DNA of 64,000 nucleotides from Tubiluchus corallicola (GCA_030141605.1 JAQGDQ010000622.1:61410-125409), one strand, 5' to 3'. Counted from the stretch's first letter, positions 39,655-55,400 are shown. Numbers and translations: made by a program. The notes: generated by a model from the sequence alone, not told the origin.

Positions 39655-40472
39655 TTAAGTGCTTTATTGCTGCACTGTTTACTCACATTTTAATTCCTAC
39701 ATCGCTGTGTTGTCATTAAGTGAAGTTATGATGTATAATTAATGAATTAGTGATTTTTTTCTTTGACAAATTTTACAATTCATGTTAGAGGATTATCAAT
39801 GTTTCTGATAAGTGCGGATTGTGTGAACAAACTGGACTAAATAATTTGTAACAGAATTGGGCGTTCTTGATTAAGTTAAATAAAATTAATAATTTTTTAT
39901 AACTTAACGTGTTGGTAATGCAAATTATCACTGGCTATGTTTTCACAAAAAGCATTTCAGAAAATGGTTTGGCTTATTTGAGTTTCGTGAGTCAGCCATT
40001 TTTAGAAGTGACTATTGAAACACTGCTTTTCCTCTCAAAAATTCATTCGAAGACGAAGATAAAGTCGGAGACAGTGTGGAACTCTGAGGAATACCGTCTG
40101 ACAAGAATATTATACAGCTGAATCTCAATCCTGCTCGGAAATTTATTCATTTGGAAGAGTTTTATTTATATAAAAAATAGGTGTTCTTGAGAACTTCTTC
40201 GAGTTATTGAACATTTAATTATGACTGTCATCAAGATAAATGTAATTATTGATAACTCATTATTTTAATTGACATGTTTGCTGTGTACAGCGTGTTGGTC
40301 TGCTGTCGCTTCCTACTTTGAAAAAGTAGGGTACACTTTGGTACAGGTACTAGGTTTTACTTCTAATTACTTCCTTAATACTCATGTTATCCCAGTTTTT
40401 TAGTGATAGCGGTAACGCTGCAAATGAACACATTCATTTGATGTTATGGAATCTAGTTGTTTTTAAATCTAG

Positions 40473-43400
40473 ATGAGGGTGCATGTCGCTCCAATCCATG
40501 CTTGAATAATGCAACTTGTGTACATGATTCGAATACGTACAACTGCTCCTGTACACCAGGTTTTTCAGGACAGTACTGCCAAGGTGAGAGAACTCTCCAG
40601 ATGAATTGTTTGCTTATGTAATAAATGCAGAATTAATGCTATTAATGGCAATTTACATGGGCCTGATTTTATAGGTTACAAGGCCCAGTTCTTATAGACA
40701 TTTTCTTCATTTGTGAGCAGGCTGTGAATGTTATGAAATTAATGTTAAAAATGTTAAACTAAGATTGAGATTGTATTAATCTTTCATTTCACTTTCATAT
40801 ATATATATATATATATAGCATCTGCATTGTTAATCAAGTAATTAAAGTATGTAATATATATATATATATATATTACTTTAATTACTTGATTAACAATGTA
40901 GATTTATATATGCTCAAATATATTCGCTGCTAAGAATCATTTTATTTCCTAATAAAACTAATAGTACATGTTACTGCTCTTTTATATTCTATTTAGCTTA
41001 ACAGTATGCTACTTCTTGTATAACATAACTGTTGTATCAATATTTAGTTTATGATCATTGTGCGTCTAAACCATGTTTAAATGGTGCAACTTGTGTTGGC
41101 GGATTGGATGAGTTCAACTGTAGTTGTGCACAAGGTTTTTCTGGAACAAAGTGCGAGTTGGGTAAACTCATTTATTATTAATAATATTGTAGACTTATAA
41201 ACTTCAGTTCTATCTTACATGTCAATAATGTTAGGATTCTTCCTAGTAAAAATTAATTTCATTATTATAACCCGTAAATTATCATTTCCTTATGCTTTCA
41301 TTAAAACTCTAATTTTAATTGCGGTTGTTCTTGTGGTTTAGATATTGATGAATGCGAATCCAATCCCTGCTTGAACAATGCAACTTGTGTTGATTATGTG
41401 AACGGCTATATCTGCTCGTGTGCTGAAGGCTTTTCTGGGCTATATTGTGACATCGGTATGGTATTTCTTTTACTGAATGTTAATACATTATTAGTATGTT
41501 CCTAACTTATATCTTTTCCAGTAAGTTTATTCGTTACAGTTATTTTGTAGGGTTTGCCAAAGATAAGTAAGTTAAATTGAAATCACTATAAAATGCAGAA
41601 GTTTATTTCAAAATGAAAAATGTTGTACTTTAAATAAATTAGTAAGACTTAGAGTTATGTGATCAGTACAAATTATGATGCACACATTTTAACAACTAAG
41701 AAACTACTAACAACTTGTAGATATTGATGAATGTGAGTCAAATCCTTGTTTAAATGGTGCAACTTGTGATGATGGACTGAACTTTTATGAGTGCAAGTGC
41801 GTGGACGGTTTCTTGGGAGAATACTGTGAGATAGGTTTGTATCTTCGAATTAGATACATTTCTTGGGGTTTTTGTGCATTTCTTTCTACTGTATAGTATG
41901 TTTTCAAAATAGTTCTTATATGGTTTTATGCAAGATTTTCTGAATTTGTTTTCATTCAATATTGTGGAAAAGTCTTAATTAGAACCTTGGGATTTCGCAT
42001 AGCAATGTTGAGGACTACTGAAAAGCAATTGTTAAACTTTTTAAATTATAAGCTACTCATAAATTCTTGATATGGATGATTTAGCGATTTTATGATTCAG
42101 TGAGTACTTTGTGACACCAATCCCTAAAGCAGTGGATGCCTTTAGATTGACATCTTTCAACATAGTATAGTCTGCTCTTTTAACAAGAATGTGGCTATAG
42201 TAAGACACAACACAGCAATATTGGACATTTCAACAATAATTGTTCTTATTGTTTTTTTTTTAAATTCAACAACATTTAGAGCTACTGACCAGTTGCACTC
42301 TAAATTGAAATTAGTATATATGCAGCTGTGCTATTTATTCCTTTAATACTTAATATTGTTGTAATAAACTATGTATCTTACTTAGATTTCAACGAGTGCA
42401 AGTCTAACCCATGTTTAAATAAGGCAACGTGTGTTGATCAAGTCAATTCGTACAACTGCAGCTGTGCACAGGGCTTTCTAGGAATAAACTGTGGAATAGG
42501 TTCGTCTCATTTTATTTCAATTTTAGAAACTGAATCCCTAGATTAGTTCCATATGCAGGCACTCGTCCATCACTTAATTTTACTGACTTCGGTGTTTTTT
42601 ATGACATTTTCTAGATTTTGATGAATGTTCGTCTGAACCATGCTTAAATGGCGGCACCTGTGTCGATCGTTCGAATGCGTATGATTGCGTTTGTGCACAC
42701 GGCTTCACTGAAGAACATTGTGCAACGGGTATACTTCCTGCTGTAATTTGCCAAGTAAAATCTACGCATTACTAATTGCTTATCTTAGAGCTAGCAAAAT
42801 CATTCTTAGCTGTTGTCAAATTTTAAGTGAACTTCCTTCATGAGAAGAGGTAAGTTAATGATTGGTGTGGGTTCAGTACTAAGACTGGTCGATCTTTATC
42901 AGTATCCTCTGTCAATTCTTATAATTAATTCTCACAGAGACATTTCAGCTTTAACATGAAATCTTAAAATGCTGCACTAAATTAGTTACGTAAATTTCAC
43001 TCAAATTCATTTTAAATATATGACTGCAATTAAAGATTATCGATATTATTTTTGCTTGGAAATATAAACACATTCAAGTTAATAGAAAAAATCTGAATTG
43101 TCACTTCAGGGATTGAACCTATAGTTCGCTGACACTGAATCAGACTTCATAACATTTTCACTATTAGCTCACTTAGAGACCAAACTCTTTTGAGTCAAAC
43201 CTTTAGTTAATAATTAGAAAAACATCTCTCTTATTACAAGTGCTGAACAAACAAAATTGACTGCTCAAACAGTTGTGTGTTTTGTGCTATTAAACATCGT
43301 GGCAATGCAGCCATTCTATATGTTATCAACAGACCCATAGGGTCATCTCACTATTGAGTTAATAATGTGATGCATCACTTGAAGCAGAGTCCTTCAATGA

Positions 43401-46400
43401 TTCACTAATTTGTTGTTTACAGGTAGTCTGTGAATTATTTCTAGTGTTATTAATTGTTGTGTTTCTTGCGGGTTTGAATATTTTGCTCCGTTTCCTCTTT
43501 TAACTTGAATTCAAAATTGTTTTATGTGATTGTTTCAATATATTCATCGGATAATAACTCTTATAATACTTTTTACAAGCTTTTTTCAGCATACCCAGAG
43601 CAGGGAAGATCGCTTTAGTTGTACAAAAAATTCTCCATCCTTTTTGAACATTATGACAAGCACTAACGAATTCTTCTGAAATGGTCTTAAGTGAAATAGT
43701 TTTTACTGCATAGTCATTAGCAGCAACATTGCCCATCATCATCCACAATTATCAACATCATCAACACCTTTATTATTATTATTTTATGTGAGTAATTACT
43801 TTTGCCATACTTTAGAAATTAATGAATGTGATTCCTACCCTTGCTTAAATGATGCAGTTTGTGCCGATGGTGTAGACAAATATGTGTGCATGTGTCCTAA
43901 AGGTTTTTCTGGACTGCAGTGCGGAATAGGTACATGCTTTTCTTCTGTTAATTTATTGTTTTACAATATTGTTAACTTGTGCTCCAGGACAAAAAACCAA
44001 TAAAACCGTTTGGTCTAGTTTACTAGTTTTACTTCTGTTTTACTTATAAATATATTTATATAGATAATTATGACATAAACTAGGGTCGCAAAGAGAGCGC
44101 AAGTTATCAGGAAAGATGAATTTCATCCAGGTAATAAATACTTTGAAATGCCCCCTTTGCCCCCCAGCCATAGATACCACTCAATTTACTCTAAAAACTC
44201 AAGAACTTTAAATTCCTTTTATCCCATTGCAATTTGCACCTTCAGCAATAAATTTCAGTAAATCTCCAATATTAATTCTCTTTCCAATATTAAATCGCTG
44301 TCCAACTGATTGAATTATTTGTATTAATCGCTTTGTTATTTCCATAAGTTATGGCAGTACGTAAAACCACATAAATTTCATTGTATGTGTTATGCTCTAA
44401 TGACAGTAAATTGCTTGCTCACTTTTGACAGTACATCCTTGCTATTCTAATGCATTTAGTGTATTTTGTTGATTACTAGACCTTGATGAATGTGCTTCGG
44501 ACCCCTGTTTGAATGGTGCAGCTTGCCTTGATGGTATCAATGACTTCGAGTGCATCTGCACACACGGTTTTTATGGACTATTCTGCGAAGAAGGTATTCA
44601 GCCAGCCAGGTTGCTCTTTAAGAAATTTTTATTTCTTATTAGCCAAGTAATGAGTGGCTTTGTGTAACTGCAGCTGCCTTTTGTTCTAGCAATTTAATTA
44701 ACATTCACTTGTCACTGACACTAACACTTCTTTTCATTAATGTTTTTTCGAAGCTATATACATAATTCGTTATTTCAGCAAGTGCTACAAGTTTGACTAG
44801 GAATACATACGATTTTAGTGTAGAGTGTAATAGTAGCTGATTAGAAATGCTAAACCTGGTCAGAACAGATTGTTTAAATTTCTGGTTTTGTGTAGGGCAG
44901 GTGACATAATGTCCATGTTCAATGTTTGTCTGTTGAACTGAAGTTAATATCAGTGTCTTTTTAATCGCCACATGACAGTTAAATACATTTTCATTGTTGT
45001 TAATTTACAACCACATCGAATTCTAGAGGTGAACGAATGTGATTCCTTTCCATGTTTAAATGAAGCAATGTGCATTGATGCTTGGGATGACTACGAGTGC
45101 TTATGTTCTGATGGTTTTTATGGAAGAAACTGCGGGTTAGGTATAGCACATTTTTTACATTATTATCTGAATACTAAAAAAATAATTGAAAGAACAAGTT
45201 TACATAAAGTGTTCTTACTAAATTATTCCTCTGAATTTGCTTGAGTCGAATCTGCAGTCCAAGAGGCTAGAAACCCTATGAATTATTTTTATCTATGGCA
45301 CCATTAGTGATGTGAGACAGTGACAAAGCCATGCTACATTTTAGAAGCTTTTTCTGTACACGTTAGTAAACTGATCAATTTTTTTTATGACTGGTGTCAC
45401 AGCATTGATCTATATAATATAACTGTGTAAAAATTATCCTCAAATCAAAGCAGAATTGTTACGGAGGCACCTGTTGTTTGCTCATGTGTAGGCCCCTGCT
45501 CGCCCAATTTCCAGATCTCCCGCCTCTTTGTAATGTCACTGTAGATCCAAATGCTGTTTGGATTTATACACCATTTGACGTGGAATGCCAGTATAACGTG
45601 TGTACAGGTCTTTACAGCTTGAATTAGTAAGAAGTACCTCCATTTCTTTTTACTTTACCATATTAATTTCGTCTCACTGTATTTCTCGCTTTATCCTGAG
45701 GCAGCTCATTGCGTGTAAAAATGTTGTGAAAAAACATCTTGTTAATTTCGATATAGTTTTTGTCGAGCAACAATCTGTCTGTTGAGATAGTGTGCATTAA
45801 GATCGCTTTTGTTTTTAGCATTTTTTTAATCATTTTTCATACAAGGCCTTAATTTTCTTTAGATATTAACGAGTGTGAGTCAGTCCCCTGTTTAAATAGC
45901 GCAGTTTGTGTAGATGGCTTGAACAAGTACACCTGCATGTGCAAGCCAGGTTTTTCTGGACAACAATGTGAAATGGGTATAAACATGTCTTATTTGTTAT
46001 ATCTAAGGCAAAACCTTTGTAACTATCCTATCAGCTCTTTGCACTTCAATTTACTATTCTGTGCTATACTTTGTAACTATGTAATCAGTGTGCTACTATA
46101 AACTGTGATTGAACCATTGACAGGTGTCATCGGTAATACCGATAACATCACAATGAAAGATATGATTTGACATGTCACAAAGTTAACAAACGAAGATATT
46201 TGTTAAGATAGTTGAACTGAAAACCCGGAAGTTCAAAATCGCAACTATTTCGCTAACAACGATCCCGTTTTAAAAGTTCCTGTGAGAGAAGGAACAGTTG
46301 TTGTTGACTTGCTTGTCATGCATTTCTAAATGAATGTGATTGCTTCATGAAAAAGAGGAGTGTATTGATGGAGGATAGTCAAGGGCATGTAATTACAAGC

Positions 46401-49400
46401 AAATAATAATTTTATTCTGACTGCAAATTGAAAAATGAAGTGCAAAGTAGTCTTAAATCTCTTCTGTAAAATGCGTTCAAGGTAATTAATATTAATATTT
46501 TGCACTTGTTGAAACTTGAGTTAACCTGGTAAACTTGTGACACCATTTTTAAAAAGTACGGAGATTTCCTGATTTACCCTGTTTTAAATGTTACGTCAGT
46601 GGCATAGCTAGGGGTGGAGGAAGCTCGTCTTTCCTGGGCAGCACTTTTCATATGGTGACATTTTGAATAGGTGCACTAAAAAGTTGATTATGTTTGCGGG
46701 TAGAAAGGCAAAACACCTGTCCAAAATATCTATGTTTGTCCGAAATAGAATTGCCCAGCTGCCCTGCTAGACATCATCATTTTAAATTGTAGCACCTGGA
46801 ATTGGGATGCACAACTGCAGTTAGCGGGCCACAGTAATGGCAACGCTACAGATTAGAAACTTAATTAAGAACTTGGATAATGAAGCCATTAAAGTAGAAA
46901 CTTTCACTGTTTGAGATTCAAAGCTCACTCAGGATATGCCAAGCACCTGGTAAACTAATATGACAAGCTATTGGATAAGCAAAATTGGATAAGTTAGCTT
47001 ATCTGGACTTATCTATAATTTTTCGACCTTTCAAAGTTGGACTGTCCAAATAATCGAAGTACTAGCTACTGTAGTACTTTTTTATTTTATTAGTTTATCT
47101 CCTCAACTTATCACAACTACGAGGCAACACTGTTTTATTTTGGGAATCGTAAACCTTATGTAAGAATTTTTATCGAGGGAGGTGCAGCAACGTCAAGTGC
47201 CGCCCGGGGAGCCACAAGCTTTAGCTATGCTGCTGTGCAATGTCTAACATGTCGTGATAACCAAGTACTTATTGTTAATAAGGTGTTTTTGTTATATTTC
47301 TAACTTGTAGATATTGATGAATGTTCATCTAATCCCTGCATTAACGAAGAAGCTTGTATTGATGGTCTGAACTCATACAAATGCCTCTGCAAGCCAGGTT
47401 TCTATGGAACAAATTGTGCATTAGGTACGTGGTTGCAACTTCTTCCTTGTTCTTAAATGATAAAAAGTAAAAGAACCTCGAAAAAATGAACAAATTGATA
47501 AATACACTCATATCTCGGTTTGTCAGGCCGAATTTGCCGATTGCTCATATTTACCGACACTAAGCTAATGCAGTACATGTCGTTTATTAGACTCACGGCG
47601 ATGTAGACTCAATCAGCTAATTGTCTCAAAAACGTCTAATACAGGTCGCTCTTGACATACAACCTACACAAGTGTCATTACATGCTGCTTAGTTGTATTG
47701 ATGTAATGATGTAAACAAGGTGACGGCCCGCCAACTAATGGTTCGCTCACAAAACAACGGATTTTATTCGTAGTATGTGGGACTTTTAACAGTCCAAATT
47801 TTGTCCGATTTTTCCTATATCTGTAAAGGTGAGGTCTGGCAAACCAAGTGTTGATTCAGCTTTCATTTATTTCACTATTGTACTTTTGGAAATACAATAA
47901 ACATTGTTATTCTTACATATTTTGAATGGAATTCCAGATTATAACGAATGTGAATCCAGTCCCTGCTTAAATGGAGCAGTTTGCGTGGATGGCGTGGATG
48001 TTATTGACTGCATTTGTGCACCAGGTTTTTCTGGATCATATTGTGAAACAGGTATTTTAAGAATGGCATCTACTGTTCTATTAAAATTATATACCGTAGA
48101 TTTGTTTAACCTTGAGCTGACAGTGTTTTAAATTAGGCTATCAAAAATTGTGCACATTTCCAGCCAGTGTGCAAAACATTAATGTGTTAATATTCTGCTT
48201 TCTAATTTCACACGTATCTGATTGGAGTGGTTGTTGCTTGATGAGGCTGTAAATGCTGGCACATAGCACTAATTTTCAACATCAGGCTATATGTTCATTT
48301 ACAATAAAATATATTGAAGCTGGGAAAATGTCCTCGTTGTGCTTGTTTTCATGCCTGTAAGTTTTGTAATAACCTTAGGCTATAATGCAGGGTTTGTTAT
48401 AAGCTTATTTTGGATTTTGAAAAATTGTATTAATAACGAAATTTAGAGCTTTGTTAAATCCTAGTCATATTGTTACTATTCAACTGTAATTATTGTTCTA
48501 TTGTAGCGCGAGTACATTACTTACCATTACTTCAACTTAGATCGTACATTTCGTGAACATGTGTGTAAAATTTGTTGCTGTATACCTGCAGAAATTGATG
48601 AATGTGCATCCAGCCCATGCTTAAATGATGCAATATGTGTCGATAGTGTGAATGAGTACACCTGCAATTGTACTGAAGGTTTTTCCGGATTACATTGTTC
48701 AATAGGTACATGTTTTTCATAATTTTATTATCTAATAATTAATTTTGAGTTGCATTTAACTAAAAAGTCGTATGATACGGAAGTTAAGCTTAACAAAAAA
48801 TTTTTTACGTTTTTGGTAGAATGCATTCAAAATAAAGAAAACAGTTGAGTGATCAGGGTACCTGTTTAGCAACAGGATGGAAAACTGATTTTTGAAAAAC
48901 CACATGCTAGGTGGCATCATCAGAAATATTGCCTCCAACTATTAATGTCATTGGCGGAGGATCTAAAATCATAATATACCTAAGACTCTGCAAGCTTCAG
49001 GGTCTCATTTTTGTGGACTGTTCATTGAAATGAGGTAGATTTATTGTATGGTAAAAAAGTTTATGCGTTGACTTTGTCTCCACTTAGGTTTCTGTGTACT
49101 TTCTTTGCATCATATATTGGATGCATAGTTTTCCCCAATTTTTCGATATTAATTAATTTTCTTAGTTTTTTAATTAAAATTAGATATTGATGATTGTGAG
49201 TCCAGGCCATGCTCAAATAATGCAACTTGTATCGATGGTTTGAATGCCTACACTTGCATCTGTGCTAGAGGTTTTTCAGGACCACATTGTCAAGAAGGTA
49301 TGAAGACTTATCTAACACAATACACAAAGAAGTTTTAATTTCTATTTTTACATTTCTAGTCTTCCCCAGTAAGATTTACTTAGCACTAAGAACCTGAATA

Positions 49401-52400
49401 ATGTAAAAAATGTGATTTGAGGTAATTCAGACACACCTAAATTAGTAGTTAGGTTTTGTACAAAGCAAAACACTTTGGAGCACCTGTGAATATCTTTACT
49501 TAAAATGCTGATTGGCAGTCATTTAAAACAATATGATGATGTCAAGTTTTTACTCAAATGATAAAGCCTGAACTTAATGAAATTCCTTTTTTGTGTCACC
49601 AGTTTATTTTCAACAGTCCAACAAGTAAAAAATGTTTTCCACGCTATTAGCAAATTTTAAAAGAATGTTTTTTGGAATACACATAATTTTTTTCATCTCT
49701 AAGTGAAATGTTTCGTTGTTTTTTACAAAGTTATAAGATCTAAATATTGTTGATCGAATTTCAGATTTTGATGAATGCCAGTCGAATCCTTGTTTTAATG
49801 ATGGAACTTGTATTAACGGTTTGAATAAGCATGATTGCATATGTTTTGAAGGTTTTACTGGACTTTACTGTGAAACAGGTAATTATGCATACTGTGTTTT
49901 TTCCTGCAATGTCCTAATAAGAATGGAGAAAGGATTACAAAACAGTTAATAATTTATTAAACATAATAAAGCACATGTCTTTACAGAAATTAATATTATT
50001 TCATGACTACCACTTATGAATGTATAATAGTGAATCTGAATAGTTTTATCTGTTTGTGTATCGCACTTTAGACATTGATGAATGTGGATCCAATCCGTGC
50101 CTAAATGATGCAACATGTATTGATGTTTTAAATGGCTACAAATGTATATGTAAACCAGGATTTTCTGGAGAGAATTGTATAATTGGTATGTTTTTTCTTG
50201 TGTTTTTTTAGTTAAGGACGACTATGCATGTCTAACTAATAAATATTTGACTAATATACAAATTTAATGTACAAACGTACAAATTATCAGTAAACTGATA
50301 AATATTACTGCTACAATTGCAACTGTAATTTCGTTTTAAGGTTGAATGTGACAATAGCCTCTTGACTTATGTACTTGAAATCAATAATTGATACTCAGTA
50401 ATACTTGATTTGCTTTTGAGAGCTATATTAATGTTTTTTATACAGTAGACGCCGCTTAATAGACACACTTTGGGACCGAAGTGTCTGGACCCATTAACCT
50501 ATTAACCGATGGGTAGTATTACTGGTATAGAAAGTATGAGTCATCAGCTTAGTATACACTGCAAAGGTTTTTAATGAATTTTAGAAATGAAGTAGTGCCT
50601 AAATTCCTTGTGCAGTTAAAAATTTTAAAAAATATTTTAAATATTAATTCATATAAGTGAATTAGCAATTAATTAAAAAGTATACTTTTCTAAATTACAC
50701 AAGTCTGTTTATTTGCAAACGTCACCGTACCTGCATCAGTGACTGTTAACTGATTAAGCGTAAAAGGGTGATTTGCAACAAGAGATTCAAAAGGAAACTG
50801 CTAGACAACTGATTAAACGTTTAGCTTCCAGAAATTCTTGGGTAACGAAAGTTAATTGTTGTGGACGAGCGGGTAACACATTCAAAGCAAAAGTTACGTT
50901 AGCATATTAGCGCATGATAAACGTACCTGTTTACAAACAAAACGGTACTTAACGTGATTGTTTTTACATATATTATAGTGCAGAAAAGTGAAGTAAAGGT
51001 GACATAAAAGTAGGAAAGGCTTTTTGGGCACATACAAATGTCTTATTTTAAGTACGCTAAGGAAAAATATTGAATCAACTATGCTGAGTTATTTGAGTCA
51101 ATTACCGACAGTTTTTATGTATATTTGAATAGAAGCGGCCCGTACCAGGCGTTTTTGAGTCAATTAAACAATTGAGTTTATTAACTGTGAGTCTATTAAG
51201 CGGCACCTACTGTATTTAGATATTGGTGAATGCGGATCTAACCCCAGCTTAAATAATGTGTCATGCATTGATGGTTTGAATGGCAATGAATGCATTTGCA
51301 CAGAGGGCTTTTCAGGAATGTACTGCAGAATGGGTAGTGTTAGGTATAGGATATTGAGCGTGAAAACAAGACTAGCACATCTCTACATTGAAGTACCGGA
51401 TGGTGTAGCTCAATAGTAGCTTGCTTGCTTACCACCCGGGAGGTCGTGGGTTCAACTCTCGACTGAGACTTGAAAAATGGTATTGCTGGTTCTTCGACCA
51501 AGCACGCAGGTTAATCAAAGTGACGTGCGGGTAGTAATAGTCGGGACCACCTTGGAAATAAGTATTGAGTTACTTAAGGTGTTATCCTTGGTCTATGTCC
51601 TAAACGAAATTATTTATGTTATTGAGTCAGCACAGCATAATTTCTTAATGTGGTTCCAAAATCTAACAATATTTATGATATGTGTGAAAGTTAAAAGGGG
51701 AAGAATTAAAGTATATCTAAAAAACCTCCCGCACAAAGTTATATTACTTTGCATTACACTTACCTGTACCAATTTAAAATATTCGCACCATCTGGTAAAA
51801 CTGCTGGAATCGCTATCCCAAAGTGCACCAATCAGTCACCAAAAAAGACATTGATTTCATTGACAATATAATGTAATTTAAACTGTTTCTTAGTCGAGTG
51901 TGCTACAAATGCTTTGGTTATTTTTTCAAACTTTACACGATGTCATTTATACTTATTCCAAGTGACTTAATTACCCTCAAAATGGCTGCATCTAAGAGTC
52001 ATCGCGGGAGTTTAAATTTAAAAGTTTTATGCAGCCTTGCTTATAATGGTTGCACTATGGACGATGATACAGCCAGTAAGTGATACAAAATTTCAAGACC
52101 TGCTTTGACATGGTTTTTGTATTAATGGTGTGAATGAATACAAATGATATGTGCACAAGGGTTTACTGGACTATATTGTCAGATAGGTATTTATAACATT
52201 TTCTTTATTTTATATGTATTTATGCGAAATTGTATAAATGACTGAAAAAATTAATCATAAGCAATCTATTTGTTCACCTATATGTGGTTAAGCCAGAATA
52301 GATTGAACATGTGATCTAACTGTCAGTTTACTTCAGAGATTGACGAATGTGCATCTGACCCATGTCTAAACGGTGCAAGCTGTTTTGATGGTGTGAATGA

Positions 52401-55400
52401 GTACAGCTGCAATTGCACACAAGGTTTTTCCGGACCCCAGTGCTTAATAGGTACAGGTTTTTTGTTTTATATTTTTAAGTACGAGTTAAAAAAAGTTGTG
52501 TGTAATCAAAGTTAAATCCTAACAAAACAAAAAGCAAAACAAAGCATTAATCCCTCAAATTATTCTTCAGAATGTAAAAAACACAATAGGAACAGCTAAG
52601 CCATCACAGTGCAGGTCTAGCTAGCAAAGTAAGGCATCACTAAGCAGAGTGAGTTAGTGAATTTATGACTGCCATGGAAATTTAAACTGATTCAGTACAT
52701 TTTCATCTGCCCCTGACAAGGGTGTAGCATCAGTAGATAGTTAAGACAACGTTGTAAGTTCCATGTCTCGCTTTATGTATTTTGTATTTTTCTAGGTTTC
52801 ATTTACATTAAAAAAGTTTGGCCCTGAACTCATTTCCACTTTGGATTTTATTTATTTTGTTTGTGTCTTAATTGGGTGCATAATTAATGCATGTTCAAAT
52901 AAATTGTCTGATAATTCTGTGTTAATATTTACTCTTTATGTAAATGAAATCCAGATGTTGATGATTGTGAGTCAATGCCTTGTTCAAATGGTGCAACTTG
53001 TGTTGATAGTTTGAATGCCTACACCTGCTTCTGTGCACAAGGTTTTTCAGGACCACATTGTGAGAAAGGTATGAAGATTTGTGTAACACGATGATACATG
53101 TAAGAACTTCAACTTCTGCTGATTTTAACCAGTGGAGGATTTACATAGCAACAAGTAATTGAGCAATTAGTATGAAAGACTGAATTCAGATAAAAGAGGA
53201 TATAGTAAATCAGCGAATACTCTTTTGAATAAGATACTTGTTTTTGGTACACGTGAGCATTTGTAGTTAAAGGAAAACCAGACCCATTCTTAAACTATAA
53301 CTCAAAAACAATTTAGTCTATGAAATATTAAATGGGAACATGATATTTTTCACTTTTTTTCAAGAGTGAAAGAATTATTACCACAAAAACTAATTTTTAG
53401 TTTGTGTGACTCATTCTTCGCTGTTACATCTATATCGCCGTTTAAAAGCTTGTGTTTAACAATGGTAAACTTGAAATTTGAATTTTACAGTTAAAATTTG
53501 CTGTCTTTCATGTATCACACTGAATGTTGTACAGTAAAATTGTGCCTATTTTCGCTTTCGCAAACACGTGCAACACGTTCATGAAATGTTTGTGCTGTTA
53601 ACAATTATATTCAGTTGTGTTGTCATCACTAGCTGTGCACGCCTGCCATTAATTAGGGTTTTAACCTTTCACAACATTACCAGAAATGATTTGGCATTAT
53701 TATAGGTGTCAAAACGTATACTTTACCGTACTTTAAAATATACCCGGATATGAAGAATCTTCCTCTTTTCCTTTAAAATGTTGCTTAAGAAGACAGCCAG
53801 CAAATCAGTAGAAATAGAATGCTTTGAAATCGGTTGCAAAAATGTTACTAAAAATTCCTTGTCTGCTAATATAACCTTTTGGTCATCAAGACTTGTTGCT
53901 CAGTCGCTCTTGTTTTCCCATCCTGGTCCTGATAAGTTTGAAAATATCTACCGCTTTTTCAGTAAAATTTCTTTTTTCATGTCACAGTATTTTCAACTGT
54001 GCAGCAAATAAAACATGTTTCTAAAGTTAATTTTTGTAAAATGTCCATTTTAGTAGAAGTTTTCAGCACAGTTAAAAAATTAATCGTGTAAATAACAGAG
54101 AACAATATGAACTTTAATTTCTGCAGCTTATCGCTGTTGTTTGAATTTCAGATTTTGACGAATGCCAGTCGAATCCTTGTTTTAATAATGGAACTTGTAT
54201 TAACGGTTTGAATAAGTATGATTGCATATGTTTTGAAGGTTTTAGTGGACTTTACTGTGAAACAGGTAATTACGTACACTGTGTTGTTGTTAGTAAACAG
54301 AAAATGTAAAGCAAATAATAATCAAGCAAACCTGATTGTAAATGTCATTGTAGAAATAGACATTATTTTCTGACAATGATAGAATGTGTCTATGTAATGA
54401 CAAGCGTGCAGTACAGCAGAAGTCAGTTAATAAATCTAGCCACTTATTGTGGCCACTACAGCTGCAGTGGAGCAAGACAATATTTTAGGTTTGCAAAATT
54501 CGTTATTTTTAGAGCCAAACTCTGTTTTAGAAAAACCACATTAAGTATGGGTTTTAGACTTAAAGTAACTGTAACAACTTGACATATATACTGCTTGTTG
54601 CCAATTATTAGCTACGTAATTGCTAGTTAGTCAAGGCAAAGACTGTTTTCATAATACTTCAATTAAGTTATTTAACAGTTAGTTTCATTATGAGTCGAAT
54701 ATGTAATCCAAGAGGCTAGAAACCCTATGAATTATTTTTATCTGTGGCACCATTAGTGATGTGAGACAGTGACAAAGCCATGCTACATTTTAGAAGCTTT
54801 TTCTGTACATGTTAACAAAGTGCCAACAAATTAGCTCACAGTCTGTCATGTCGAAAAAGTATTATGTGGTATGTAACCTAGTAGATCCTCGGTTTTATAG
54901 AGCCAGGCACTTCATACCAAGGTGCATTTATTAATCAAGGTGTGTTGTAATAAATTTACATATCTTGTTTTTTTTATCTATTTCTGTATTGCACTTTAGA
55001 TATTGATGAATGTTGGTCTAATCCCTGCTTAAACGATGCAGCATGTATTGATGTTTTAAATGATTACAAATGTTTATGTAAACCAGGATTTTCTGGAAAA
55101 AACTGTTCTGTAGGTATGTATTTCTCTTGTATTTTAGCAAAGTCTGTTGTTCTACTGTAGCTGTTGCAAAAAGGTTTAGCAAAGCTAGTAAATTTGTTTT
55201 ATGGGTGTAATGTCCAAGCTTAATTATTCGTCAGTAAACTGACCAAATGTTTGAACTCTACATGTGAATCTCAGTTTGATGTTAAGGTTGAATGTGCCTA
55301 GTGAGCATTTTTATGCTAAAACAGCAAACTGACTGGTATCTGAAAATTTTAAATCTACCTCTTTACAGTCACTTCTTTGATGCTTGCAAAGTGTTTAATC

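Noticed and set aside
39790-40121. Candidate cytoplasmic-tail or signal exons between exon 16 and E1
   Set aside because: Short open frames follow some AGs, but there is no convincing motif, signal peptide or donor; not supportable without cDNA.
51398-51470. tRNA gene
   Set aside because: A and B boxes are present but the acceptor and anticodon stems do not pair well; treated as a SINE head.
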